This document shows, piece after piece, positions 13,640 to 25,381 of a stretch of 41,531 bases of DNA. The notes beneath the pieces are model-generated. The model was given only the letters and a program-made list of their open reading frames with translations. It had not been told where the DNA came from and searched no databases. Every line of letters starts with the position of its first letter. The first letter of the stretch is position 1. This DNA comes from Nemertoderma westbladi. Taxonomy: Eukaryota > Animalia > Xenacoelomorpha. The stretch covers positions 1 through 41,531 of the forward strand of contig JAUCBJ010008465.1 in NCBI GenBank assembly GCA_032718475.1. Direction: 5' to 3'. A program made the translations under genes and the position numbers.

Positions 13640-15850
13640 GGCATACAGGCATACAGCTCGTTCAACCTAATTGGTTCGGACCACAGAATTGTGACTGCAG
13701 AGATCAGACTCAGTTTGAGAGCCAGCAAACCCAGGACAAGCAAGCAAATCAACTATGACTGGGAGAAACTCAGAACTGACAATGCTGTAAAGGATGCTTA
13801 TACAGTAGAAGTTCAAAACCGCTTTGAAGCACTTCAGTCAATGGATGAAGACCAGTCCACCGATTTAATATACCAGAATATAATAACAGCCCACAAGGAA
13901 TCAGCTAAGAGGCATATCCCCCAGAAACCTAAACGAAAACAGTATGTGCCATGGCAAAACTCTGAGGTTACTTGTAAGAGAGAAGATCTTAAGATAGCCT
14001 ACAAAGTTAAAACCGAACAACCAACAACCGAAAACATTAACAAGGTTGAGAAAGCTAAGGACGATCTTAAATTGGCCTACAACATCAGCCAGGAAAAGTA
14101 CATACAGGATAAAACTGAAGCAATTACAACTGCTCACATACAGCAACAATCAAGACTTACCTGGCAAACTGTAAATGAGGTATCTGGTCGGAAAAGTTGT
14201 GCAAAGGGGCGCCTCAAAGCCGATAGTCCTGAAGAACGTGTTGGGAAGTGGAAAAATAACTTCAGCAACTTGCTTGGGCAGCCAACAAACATCGAGGTCA
14301 GCCCTACAAGGAAAATATATGGCAAGACACTACCTATAGAAACAGGGGACTTCACACCTGCCGAACTCCAAAGAAGCATTAAAAGCATGTCCAATAATAA
14401 AGCGAGTGGATTAGATGAAATCCCAGCGGAGGTATGGAAAACCGGAGTGCTAAATAGACCATTATTGAATGTTTGCAACCGGATGTTAAAAGGGGAAAAG
14501 CCACCACCAATTTGGACTAAAGGTCAACTAAAGCCTCTCCCCAAGAAAGGAGACCTCGGCATACCAACAAACTATCGTGGGATCTGTCTGCTTGTGGTAG
14601 CTGCCAAAATATACAATAAAATGATTCTATATAGGATTAGGCCTCACAAAGAGAAACTACTGCGTAAGAGCCAAAACGGATTTCGACCAAGTAGATCAAC
14701 AATAGCTCAGAAACTTGCACTACGGAGACTGATTGAAGGAATCAAGTCAAAGAATCTCCCCGCAGTCATGACTTTTGTGGACTTCAAGAAGGCATTCGAC
14801 TCCATCCATAGAGGTAAAATGCTTGAAATCCTAAGAGCTTATGGAATACCAGAAGTAATTGTTGCTGGCATTGGATTGCTATATTGTGACACAGAAGCGC
14901 AGGTACTCTCACCAGATGGTGAAACTGAGTTTTTCTCAATCCTGGCTGGCGTACTGCAAGGTGGCACATTAGCACCATTACTATTTGTAATTGTGCTGGA
15001 TTGCGCAATGAGGACGGCCACAAAGGGTGAAGATCTGGGATTCACACTTCAAGAACGCAGAAGTAGTAGATATCCGGCAACTACAGTCACAGACACCGAC
15101 TTTGCGGATGACATCGCCCTGCTCTCTAATACGCTAGCAGATGCACAGCTTCTACTAAATAAAGTGGAGAGGGCTGCTAAGGAGGTTGGATTGCATATAA
15201 ATGCTACCAAGACCGAATTCATGACCTTTAATGTTGATGGAAACTCGACAACCATTGATAATAATCAACTAAGGCAGGTCGATGACTTCCAGTACCTTGG
15301 ATCATGGATAGAGAGTAGCAAAAAGGACATAGAAGTTAGGAAAGCAAAGGCTTGGGTAGCTCTATCAAAAATGGATACCATCTGGAAATCAGATCTCTCC
15401 AGGCACCTGAAGACCAAGTTCTTTCGAGCCACTGTGGAAAGTGTATTTTATACGGGGGTGAGACCTGGACACTGACTAAATCACTTGAACAACGAATTGA
15501 TGGTTGCTACACAAGACTACTAAGGGCAGCCCTAAACATCAGCTGGAGACAACACATGACAAACGCCGAGCTTTATGGTACAATACCACATGTATCAACC
15601 ACCCTCCGTGAACGCAGATTAAGATTCAGTGGGCACTGCTGGCGAAGTAAAGACGAGGTCATACCAGATCTACTTCTCTAGGCAACCAACTCATGGAAAG
15701 CGTAGTCGTGGACGACCTGCCATAACATATATAGATCAACTTGAAAGGGATACTGAACTTGGGAGAAACGAAATTGCGACAACTATGGAGAATCGGGAAG
15801 CCTGGAAGGATCTCATTTCCACTGTCCGAGTTCGCTCGACCTAGTAGTAG
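13640..15850 (+). mobile_element. RTE-clade LINE, family B, 5'-truncated in the endonuclease, inserted in the satellite
   Basis: Starts at AYSSFNLIGSDH (end of APE domain); ends (TAG)3; candidate TSD TATTTACACTATA at 13627-13639 and 15851-15863 (ambiguous because the target is repetitive). Confidence 0.95.
13691..15844 (+). pseudogene. RTE reverse transcriptase ORF, two frameshifts near the 3' end
   Basis: Motifs KASGLDEIP, NYRGI, QNGFR, FVDFKKAFDS, GVLQG, FADD, YLGS. Relative to the sister copies there is a 1-nt deletion at ~15447 and a 1-nt gain at ~15678. Confidence 0.9.
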
Positions 15851-16977
15851 TATTTACACTATATTTACAATATATACTGTATATTTACACTATATTTATA
15901 CACTATATATTTACACTATATTTACAATATATACTGTATATTTACACTATATTTATACACTATATTTACAATATATACTATATATATATTTACACTATAT
16001 TTACAATATATACTGTATATTTACACTATATTTATACACTATATTTACAATATATACTATATATTTACACTATATTTACAATATATACTATATATTTACA
16101 CAATATTTACAATATATACTATATATTTACACTATATTTACAATATATACTGTATATTTACACTATATTTATACACTATATTTACAATATATACTATATA
16201 TTTACACTATATTTACAATATATACTATATATTTACACTATATTTACAATATATACAATATATTTACACCATATTTACAATATATACTATATATTTACAC
16301 TATATTTACAATATATACTATATATTTACACTATATTTACAATATACACTATATATTTACACTATATTTACAATATATACTGTATATTTACACTATATTT
16401 ATACACTATATTTACAATATATACTATATATATATTTACACTATATTTACAATATATACTGTATATTTACACTATATTTATACACTATATTTACAATATA
16501 TACTATATATTTACACTATATTTACAATATATACTATATATTTACACAATATTTACAATATATACTATATATTTACACTATATTTACAATATATACTGTA
16601 TATTTACACTATATTTATACACTATATTTACAATATATACTATATATTTACAATATATACTATATATTTACACTATATTTACAATATATACTATATATTT
16701 ACACTATATTTACAATATATACAATATATTTACACCATATTTACAATATATACTATATATTTACACTATATTTACAATATATACTATATATTTACACTAT
16801 ATTTACAATATATACAATATATTTACACTATATTTACAATATATAGTATATATTTACACTATATTTATACACCATATTTACAATATATACAATATATTTA
16901 CACTATATTTACAATATATACAATATATTTACACTATATTTACAATATATACTATATATTTACACTATATTTATACA

Positions 16978-18323
16978 TAGGAATGTCCCGGAATTCCGTT
17001 CCGGCCGGAATTCCGGCGGTTTTTGAACGATTCCGGTTCCGGCCGGAATTGCCGGAATGGGGTCAATTCTGGCCGGAATTTTACCGGAATTACAAGGTTC
17101 CTAGCTAGTTTGATCGTTACAATTAGTTTGTTAAATTATTATCAAAATTTATATATATTTTTAACATATACTTACCAATTTAATTAGTTTAAGATACTTG
17201 TCAACACTTGTAGTTGTAAAAAAAATAAACAAGTAAACTTTTATTCGGCAGTTAGAGCTACCACCTAAGGATGCAAGTCAGTGATGCGCCCTGGCTAGTC
17301 CCATCAAGCATTCATGCCGAAACGAAAACTGCCCTGGCCCTCATGTGGGGATCGAACCCTCGACCTCCGAAAGATGTATATTCAATGCAACCACTACACT
17401 AAGGTGGAGTCTAACTAAGCTATGTAACGAGGGAAAATTACTGCCACCGTGTTTTTTAAAGTGAATTCAGTCTTGATGGGTGAGACAGGGGGGGGGGGGG
17501 GGGAGTGAACGCAAATCCCATCTTGGCGAATTAATGTCCCGCCTGAATGTTAAATTCTCAATTTAGGGAAAGGAGCAGGTAACACTGGCACGTTATTTCA
17601 ACCAAAACAATAAACTAAACAATAGTATTCGTATACAATTCACAACCGCCTTAATTTACATCTTATTAAACCTTTTGTCGCTTTGAAGAGATTTTTTATG
17701 AAATGCATTAGGCCCATAAATAGTTTTCAGATTTTGTCTGAGTCCGTATGTGAAAAGTATAGCCCCCGTGCTCCATTGGTAAGACATAAGTCAAAAGTCA
17801 TTTGTTAAAAAAAATATATAAGATGCGTCTCACATTTACTACATATTTCAACTCAAAGTAACCAATCACAGGCCTTTAGCATGCCATAAGTCATGTGTTG
17901 ATTATTGTAGATGGAATTATTATTATTATTTCAGATAGGGGGGAAAATTGGACGCAATAAAAATTAATCACTCTCCAGGAGAAATTCGACGCAAATAACA
18001 GCTGATTAGTCTCAAAAATGAATTCGATGTCGTTTAAGGCCGAAGTATGGGGGTACTTCCCGTCCCATAAAAGGCCATAACGGACCAGGCCGCTCTCCAC
18101 TCCACCCACTTTAATTGCCCCTAGGTGCTGATTGATCTCTAGTAAACTTGGCTTTAGAAATTAAAAAATTCATTTATTTCACAAAAAAATATAAAGTTTC
18201 ATGGGTCATTTAGTGTATTTCACTAATTATACAAAATTCCGGTTCCGGCCGGAATATTCCGGCATGTTGAATTCCGGTTCCGGTTCCGGCCGGAATCAAA
18301 ATATCGATTCCGGGACATCCCTA
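16978..18323. mobile_element. Non-autonomous hAT transposon inserted in the satellite
   Basis: 17-bp TIRs TAGGAATGTCCCGGAAT / TAGGGATGTCCCGGAAT (1 mismatch); 8-bp TSD TTTATACA at 16970-16977 and 18324-18331; subterminal TTCCGG/CCGGAA repeats at both ends. Confidence 0.92.
17238..17411 (-). mobile_element. tRNA-derived SINE nested in the hAT element
   Basis: Minus strand has A box TAGTGTAGTGG and B box GGTTCGATCCC followed by a non-tRNA body ending AATAAAAAG; no complete cloverleaf. Confidence 0.65.
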
Positions 18324-19891
18324 TTTATACACTATATTTACAATATATACTATATATTTACACTATATTTACAATATATACAATATATTTACACTATATT
18401 TACTATATTTATACACTATATTTACAATATATACTATATATTTACACTATATTTACAATATATACTGTATATTTACACTAAATTTATACACTATATTTAC
18501 AATATATACTATATATTTACACTATATTTACAATATATACTATATATTTACACTATATTTACAATATATACAATATATTTACACTATATTTACAATATAT
18601 ACATATTTACACTATATTTATACACCATATTTACAATATATACAATATATTTACACTATATTTACAATATATACTATATATTTACACTATATTTACAATA
18701 TATACTATATATTTACACTATATTTATACACTATATTTACAATATATACTATATATTTACACTATATTTACAATATATACAATATATTTACACTAATTTA
18801 CAATATATACTATATATTTACACTATATTTACAATATATACAATATATTTACACTATATTTACAATATATACTATATATTTACACTATATTTACAATATA
18901 TACTGTATATTTACACTATATTTATACACTATATTTACAATATATACTATATATTTACACTATATTTACAATATATACTATATATTTACACTATATTTAC
19001 AATATATATACTATATATTTACACTATATTTACAATATATACAATATATTTACACTATATTTACAATATATACTATATATTTACACTATATTTACAATAT
19101 ATACTATATATTTACACTATATTTACAATATATACTATATATTTACACTATATTTACAATATATACAATATATTTACACTATATTTACAATATATACTAT
19201 ATATTTACACTATATTTACAATATATACTATATATTTACACCATATTTATAAACTATATTTATACACTATATTTACAATATATACTATATATTTACACTA
19301 TATTTACAATATATACAATATATTTACACTATATTTACAATATATACTATATATTTACACTATATTTACAATATATACTATATATTTACACTATATTTAC
19401 AATATATACTATATATTTACACTATATTTATAAACTATATTTATAAACTATATTTACACTATATGTATATATTGGTGTTTCTATATTTGTATATATTTCT
19501 GTATAAGGCGAATAAGGCGTAATGGGCCTTCCCGGTTCGGTCACCTACATTCGTCATCATTACGGTGTGTTAGTAGTAAATCGGTTTAATAAACAAAATT
19601 GAAAATTTCTAAATTTTTCTTACCATTTAGAAACATTTCACAGCGAACATATAAAAATCCGAACCAAGTCACTGAGTTACCGGTGCGACACTATAATCCG
19701 AATTCCAGGATATGGTGTATTGATTGAGTTTTGCTCTCGAACTTTAACCTCCCAACTCGTGCCAAATCCAATACACTCGGACATAATGGAATCTTGGTAA
19801 ATTTTAATTCGTGTTTTAAAAAAAAGTCTACTTTTTTTCTTATTTATTGGGGAAATTTATCTCTTTAACAGAAATATATATATCGTAAAAA

Positions 19892-20850
19892 CTACTAGGA
19901 TCGGCATGCTGCATTGCAGCTGCATTTTTAATAATGCTGTGCCGGCTTGTCAACAAAATTGCACCGCCACAACTCCCTATCACCCATGACATTTGCTAGA
20001 TCATCCGCATCTTCAAGGCCAGTGTCCTTTGAGATGTGTCTCAAGAAAGTCATGTGCTGCCCAACATTCTTATTCACTCCATGAGGCTGCCAAAGCACAA
20101 GATTATGCACTGACTGGTCTTCACGACGAAAGCAATGTCCTGCAAAGCGGAGGCGATTTTGTTCTAGTGTCAAGCTTGGGGGAACCAATGAGACACCTCC
20201 AATGTTATATAGTGTCTGGTTGGAGATGTGTGCATTGTACTTGACACACTGAACCCGCCGTAGCATTCTTATGAATGGGCCATCAAAAGATTTGGTGTCC
20301 TCAGCAGTTAGAGCCCAGCATGGATTCCCATAGACGAGTGCTGGAACTACTGCTGGTCTAAATAATCGGACCTTAAGTTTCCGATTAATTCTGTGACTTT
20401 CAAATCCTGGAAAGCCTATTCAAGGCTACCCCTGCCTTTCCCTTACATATTCGAAGGTCCTCACCTGACTTCTGGATCCATGATCCCAGGTAACAGAAGT
20501 CGTCCACATGCTCAAGTATACCATCCTTTGAGCTTATGCTCATCCAGTGAGAGACTTGTTGAGGACTTTCAAACTGTCAAACTGTCAAAATTTTGGTCTT
20601 TCTGGAGTTAATAAAAAGACCAACACTAGAAGCAGCATGTTCTAATGAGCTGAGGAGCCGTTGGGCTCCATCTAGTGATTCTGAAAGTACTCCTAAGACA
20701 TCAGCAAAGTCTATATCAGTTAGGTACTTGGCAGGATTTCCTCTACCTCTTCTGGAGCCAGTAGGTGGAATTACCATCACCCCATCATCATTATGATGAT
20801 CTAAGGACATGCGTAGAACATAGTCAACCACAATTATGAACAAGAATGAT
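19892..20850 (-). mobile_element. RTE-clade LINE, family A, 5'-truncated
   Basis: ORF remnants FIIVVDYVLR..LTDIDFADV and RLRFAGHC; 3' tail CCTAGTAG; TSD TATCGTAAAAA at 19881-19891 and 20851-20861. Confidence 0.92.
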
Positions 20851-20861
20851 TATCGTAAAAA

Positions 20862-21142
20862 AGCCAACAGGCGGCAGAAGCGGGATGCGACCCGAAGGCT
20901 CCTCTTTCAATAGCTGCTACCCGAAGGGTAGGGGTGGACGCTAAAGGGTTCAAAATGGGATGTGATTGATTTCAGGGTTCCAATTAGGGTTATTACGAGA
21001 GTTCCATCCCAAGTTTTCCTCCCAGTAATTCAACTGGTACTAATTTTATCGACCCTGTGCATGAAAGGCTGAATGGACCCTGGCGGTGTTCGAACCTACA
21101 ACCAATAGATTGGCCGGCGCTCAACCAATTGAGCTACCCCGC
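20862..21142 (-). mobile_element. tRNA-derived SINE with a MetaSINE-like central domain
   Basis: Minus strand GCGGGGTAGCTCAATTGG (A box) ... GGTTCGAACAC (B box), then TCAGCCTTTCAT...GGTCGATAAAATTAGTACCAG, resembling the conserved Meta domain as I recall it. Confidence 0.75.
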
Positions 21143-22344
21143 TGTTCGCGCTTTTAGACCTTTGGCAGTTTAACCCGCCAAATTAGGATGTCTTCTAGAT
21201 AATAAATCACTTTAGCCTATGACAAGTATTTAATTCACTACACTAGTCGAAACCAATCTGTGCGCGATCATTCACCCGCTGGATATACCCGGGAGATTGG
21301 GTTCGACGGCTTAATCTTATTGCTATGTAAGCTTAATGTATTATTCGACTGACAGTATTAGATAATCTCTGACAATATTATTCACCTTCGGAGAATATTA
21401 ACAGTTCCTTTAGGACGTGGCGCTCTATCTATACAAACAGAGTTATGACTTAAACTACTCACAACGATATGGCTTAGTTATAATTCACATATATGGCGCA
21501 TTCTTTAGGAAATGCTTCGTTATCAGTCTCACTCATACACAATGCTGCACAATACTGCACACTGATCTGCCGATCTTCACTGATTTTAGTTATATATAAA
21601 AGGAACACGGACCGACTCATGTAGGGTCTATCAAATAACATTAGATTCACTTCAAACCACTTTAACATAAGTCACAATCGTTATATGTAACCTTTCTCTC
21701 TTACCTTCGGTATATCAAGAATATTGGGTTTCGGGGTTATTTATCGTTATTCCAAATATAATAATTCATCAACCATATTATGAAGAACTGACAGTAAATA
21801 GCAGTATAACAATATAAAAGTATGCACAGGTATGTTTGATTAGGTATGTTGAGTTGCATGAGTTGTGACAATCAGTCATCAGTTTGTTATGATTTGTTAT
21901 GATAACGGATATATGTCCTTATAATTAAGCCTACTAGTGTAAGGCACAGAGAAAGAGCATAAAAATTCCAAAGCCGCTCTCTTCCTGGCTTAGAATCACA
22001 AAACAACACTAAAAACTGATAAGAATAACCTTATTTACAAAGGCTTCCACCCACCACAGAGAAAGAGCATACAGATAGGAAATTTCAGTTCAGTAGATCT
22101 GTGATAGGTCGAAATCAAAATCAACTCAAATCCTATTGGCAGATACAGAAGCAGGGCTGTGGGGCAACTTTCCCAAGCTGGTTGGACAATCAAACGTAGC
22201 CCAGATCCCTTCGCACAGCAAATCAGCCAATCAGCCGGTAGCTTGCGCTATTCGAGTTATAGATCCCCTTTTAGAGTATTCAGCGCCTGGGGGGGAACTG
22301 GTTAACAAGGCAAACGAATCAGTTATCCCACAAAAGCTTTTACA
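21143..22344 (-). repeat. 3' LTR (1202 bp)
   Basis: Direct repeat of 35574-36789; plus strand TGTTCGCG...TTTTACA; roughly ten substitutions and three indels seen by eye. Confidence 0.97.
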
Positions 22345-22352
22345 CCGCTCCC
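22345..22352 (-). other. Polypurine tract (plus-strand primer)
   Basis: GGGAGCGG directly abuts the TGTA start of the 3' LTR on the element sense strand. Confidence 0.75.
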
Positions 22353-22370
22353 AGAAAATGGGATTTAAGT

Positions 22371-23726
22371 CTATAAAATATACAAAATCACAATTTCTAA
22401 TATACATAAATACTCTAAACAGTTAGTCTTTCTTGCGCGGACGGCGTTTACGCAGTTTTTTAAAGCTAGCCAGAGTCTTTTCTCTTTGGGGCGAGCCACT
22501 TTACGAGGAGGGCTGTAGCTCCTAGGCGAAGGGTGCAATATAATTGCATCAGAAGGTGCAGGGTTACGATCGGTATACCCGCCGGTCGAAGTACCTGGTT
22601 GATTAATATCAACCTCAGTGGAGCGAGGTCTAATGGCCTTTAGAGCGCGTCTCAGGACAGCAGCTCCTACGGGTCCTTGACGGGTCGTCTGGACACTAGC
22701 GGTGGGTGGACCGTGAGTGGTGAGGAACTTTCTCGGTTTAATGGTTCTCTCCAGCTCGCGTTCTCGGGTTCGATATTCATATGGTCGCCGAGATACTTCC
22801 TGTAGTTCAGGATGCGAGTTCACAAAGATGTCGCCATACTCAGGGTCTTGACGGATAAAATTGATCAGGTGATAGGTGGTTATATCATTAGGGTTAACGT
22901 TTCTAAGGTATTTTCTGACAAACTTGGTGGAAATACACTCACCAACACGCTTTATTAACTCGTAACTTGGTACGCGTGTTTTCTGTTCAATCGACGCGAA
23001 TAGGTAAGGATGGAACGCGTAAACTCCCTCGTAAGCTCGTCCAGGGTAGTAGCGATGTCGGGATTCGCAATGTAAATCCTCGGATGTATCGCAGGGTGAT
23101 CATCTCGTCTACGCTCTCTAAATCGCGATTAAAGGGACAATTGTAACTTTCATGTCCTTTAAGTTGACAGTAGTGACATTGAGTCATAAATTGTGGGCAG
23201 ACGGCAAATATATGAGAGTTATTAAGCCGGCAATAAGCACAATATATTTCCATCATCGGTTGTTCGAGGAAATAGGAACAAGGTACGCTCGAGTCTAGAG
23301 GAGTGAAGTGGTCTCTCGATGCGCATAATCGACAACGTTTTCGAGAAACGTAGTTGGCGTGTCGATAATCGTACGCTGTGAGACGCTGTGGACCTTGATA
23401 CCACTCTATGACATAATCATTGTCACTGCTCCGGGAAGCTGTAGGTTGAATCGCTTCTGATTCCAAGCATACTGGTTCATCCTCCAGCTGTATAGACGAA
23501 GTGGGTGCGTCGGTGTACCATTACGCTGCGTATATCGAGCAGCGAATTTTCTACAGTCCAACTCACGCGCGAGCTGCTCTTGGGACATTGGCGGTTCGAT
23601 ATAACGACCATCGTCCTCCGCAGCAGTTGGGCTAACGTCGCCGCGTATTAAGCTATCAACAAACGCTTGTAAAAGTAGAGTATATCGCTCCCCGATACCA
23701 AGACCATCTTCTATCAACTCCGTCAT
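22371..23726 (-). pseudogene. Accessory ORF in env position, ~450 codons in three overlapping frames, with three CCHC zinc knuckles
   Basis: Frame A from ATG 23726; frame B open 23520-22987 with CRLC-x4-H-x9-C, CAYC-x5-H-x4-C and CHYC-x4-H-x4-C; frame C open 23099-22371. Two 1-nt shifts would join them (inferred). Confidence 0.6.
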
Positions 23727-24529
23727 ATCTGCTATATATGAGTTTATCCATATTATAATGAGTTTATATTTAGGCGAGCGGGCGTCGCTGCCTACCCCAA
23801 TCAACCCCCGGACAGTACGAGATCCTCAGCGCCGATGTGTCGTCGCCGCTGTACTTTCGCCAACGACGTAGCCGCACAACGACAACGACAACCGGCACAA
23901 GTCACTCGACTGTCCGTCCCAAAGGCTTAGATACACCTCAGGTTCTTACTGGAGAGTTAGGGTTACTTTCACAATTGCGACTCGCTACTGTAAACACACC
24001 TTAGTAGTAACATTCGCCTATAAACTCACAAATACCACACACACAACTTGTCACAAATTACACACACTCGGGTCACTTGTCCGTTAGTCAATGCCTTCCA
24101 GAATGTCACTGTATTATTATGTATCCTTGGATACTATCAGTGCACTATTTATTCCCTATGCTATTCAATGGGACAAGCTTTCTATTGTTCTCTTAACTCA
24201 ATTCTAATTCTAGCGTGGTTGTTGCTATGGTGACATTATGTAAAGCTAGCGGTAGAATTAGGGTAATTCCAATGCATACAGATCTGGGATGTTATTTAAT
24301 AGTAATTCTTTAATAGTCAATGTCCTGTTTTATACATGACTTTATGAATTTTATCGGCTACTGACTATGTTTGGGAGACTTTCGCACACTCATACGCATA
24401 ATAAGATAAATCTCCGCTCCCTTGATCTATTAATTAATGGAATTTTGGGAATGTTATAAATTGCGTAAAAATGGCAATTTATTAAATTCATTAAAAGCGA
24501 CATGAATTTAAATTTATTCCCTGAAATTT

Positions 24530-24870
24530 TATTATTTGATAATTAAATGGACATATTTTGATTCTAGAACATGTCTGGGGACACAAGATCCTTAATTCTA
24601 TGACAATTGTCTTTTTAAGAATATCGGTAAATGCTACGATATCTTAATTGACTAGAATTGTTGAAGGATCTGAATTTTACAGATTTTGATTTATTAGATT
24701 TGCAAATATTAAATAATTAATATTTGAGATGGGCACCGATTTATTCCAGAACTTGTCTGGGGACGTTAACCACTGATTCTAGAATTTGTCTTTCAAGTAT
24801 ATCGGTGGGTGCCGCGATATCTTAATCGACTAGAATTACAGATGGTCAAAGGGTTTAACAGATTTATTTT
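24530..24870. repeat. Diverged ~180-bp tandem duplication between pol and the accessory ORF
   Basis: AGAAC.TGTCTGGGGAC...TTGTCTTT..TATCGGT...CGATATCTTAAT.GACTAGAATT occurs at ~24566-24660 and ~24748-24838. Confidence 0.75.
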
Positions 24871-25381
24871 GCGTTATACGCTACTGTTAAAGGGACATCA
24901 CGCTACTATATGTATTATTTAATATACGGTATGAGAGCAATATCGCACGAAGCAATGTCAGTGTGAAGAGGCAAGTCGTTTCCAAGGTCTACCCAGAGCT
25001 TGGTTTAGCCGAGACTCGAGGATCTGAACTTTGCATTCCTAATACTCTGCCTACCAATAATACTTAAATATAGTAGTGGCTTTATTGTACTTTAATAAGT
25101 ACGGACATGTCATCTTACTGTAGTTACGTATTTATAATATAATACGGACAGTAAGGAAAGAGAAAAAGAATTGTTTCTCGCCGTCGCACTAAATATAATA
25201 TAAGTAATTACGTACGCAATGAACACGAACATATTGCACTATTCTACTAAATAATCGCTAAATAATATTCTACTAAATTAAATAAAACGATTATAATAAA
25301 ATTACATAGTAATACATACATAAATATAAAAATAATAAAATAATATAAAATAATAGAGTCACACGCCCACTCCGAACGATA

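Larger units (their letters stand above)
10341..19464. repeat. 31-bp AT-rich satellite, consensus CTATATATTTACACTATATTTACAATATATA, in three blocks (10341-13639, 15851-16977, 18324-19464)
   Basis: Direct reading of the tandem array; built from two 11-mers (TATATTTACAC / TATATTTACAA) plus a 9-mer; the plus strand is almost devoid of G. Confidence 0.97.

Noticed and set aside
10283-19433. Long Tyr/Ile-rich ORFs (10283-10778, 15741-17108, 18201-19433)
   Set aside because: Translation of a G-free satellite that rarely forms stop codons; not genes.
10341-19464. CRISPR-like array
   Set aside because: Contiguous tandem monomers with no unique spacers, no cas genes, eukaryotic context.
21070-21142. 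Functional tRNA genes (also 17340-17411)
   Set aside because: A and B boxes are present but no full cloverleaf; each continues into a SINE body.
22371-22420. Hydrophobic C-terminus of the accessory ORF as an env transmembrane anchor
   Set aside because: Short, arises in AT-rich sequence near the PPT, and there is no signal peptide or ectodomain.
21417-22426. Short ORFs in the LTRs (also 35849-36805)
   Set aside because: Identical only because the LTRs are duplicates; mostly non-ATG starts and no recognisable motifs.
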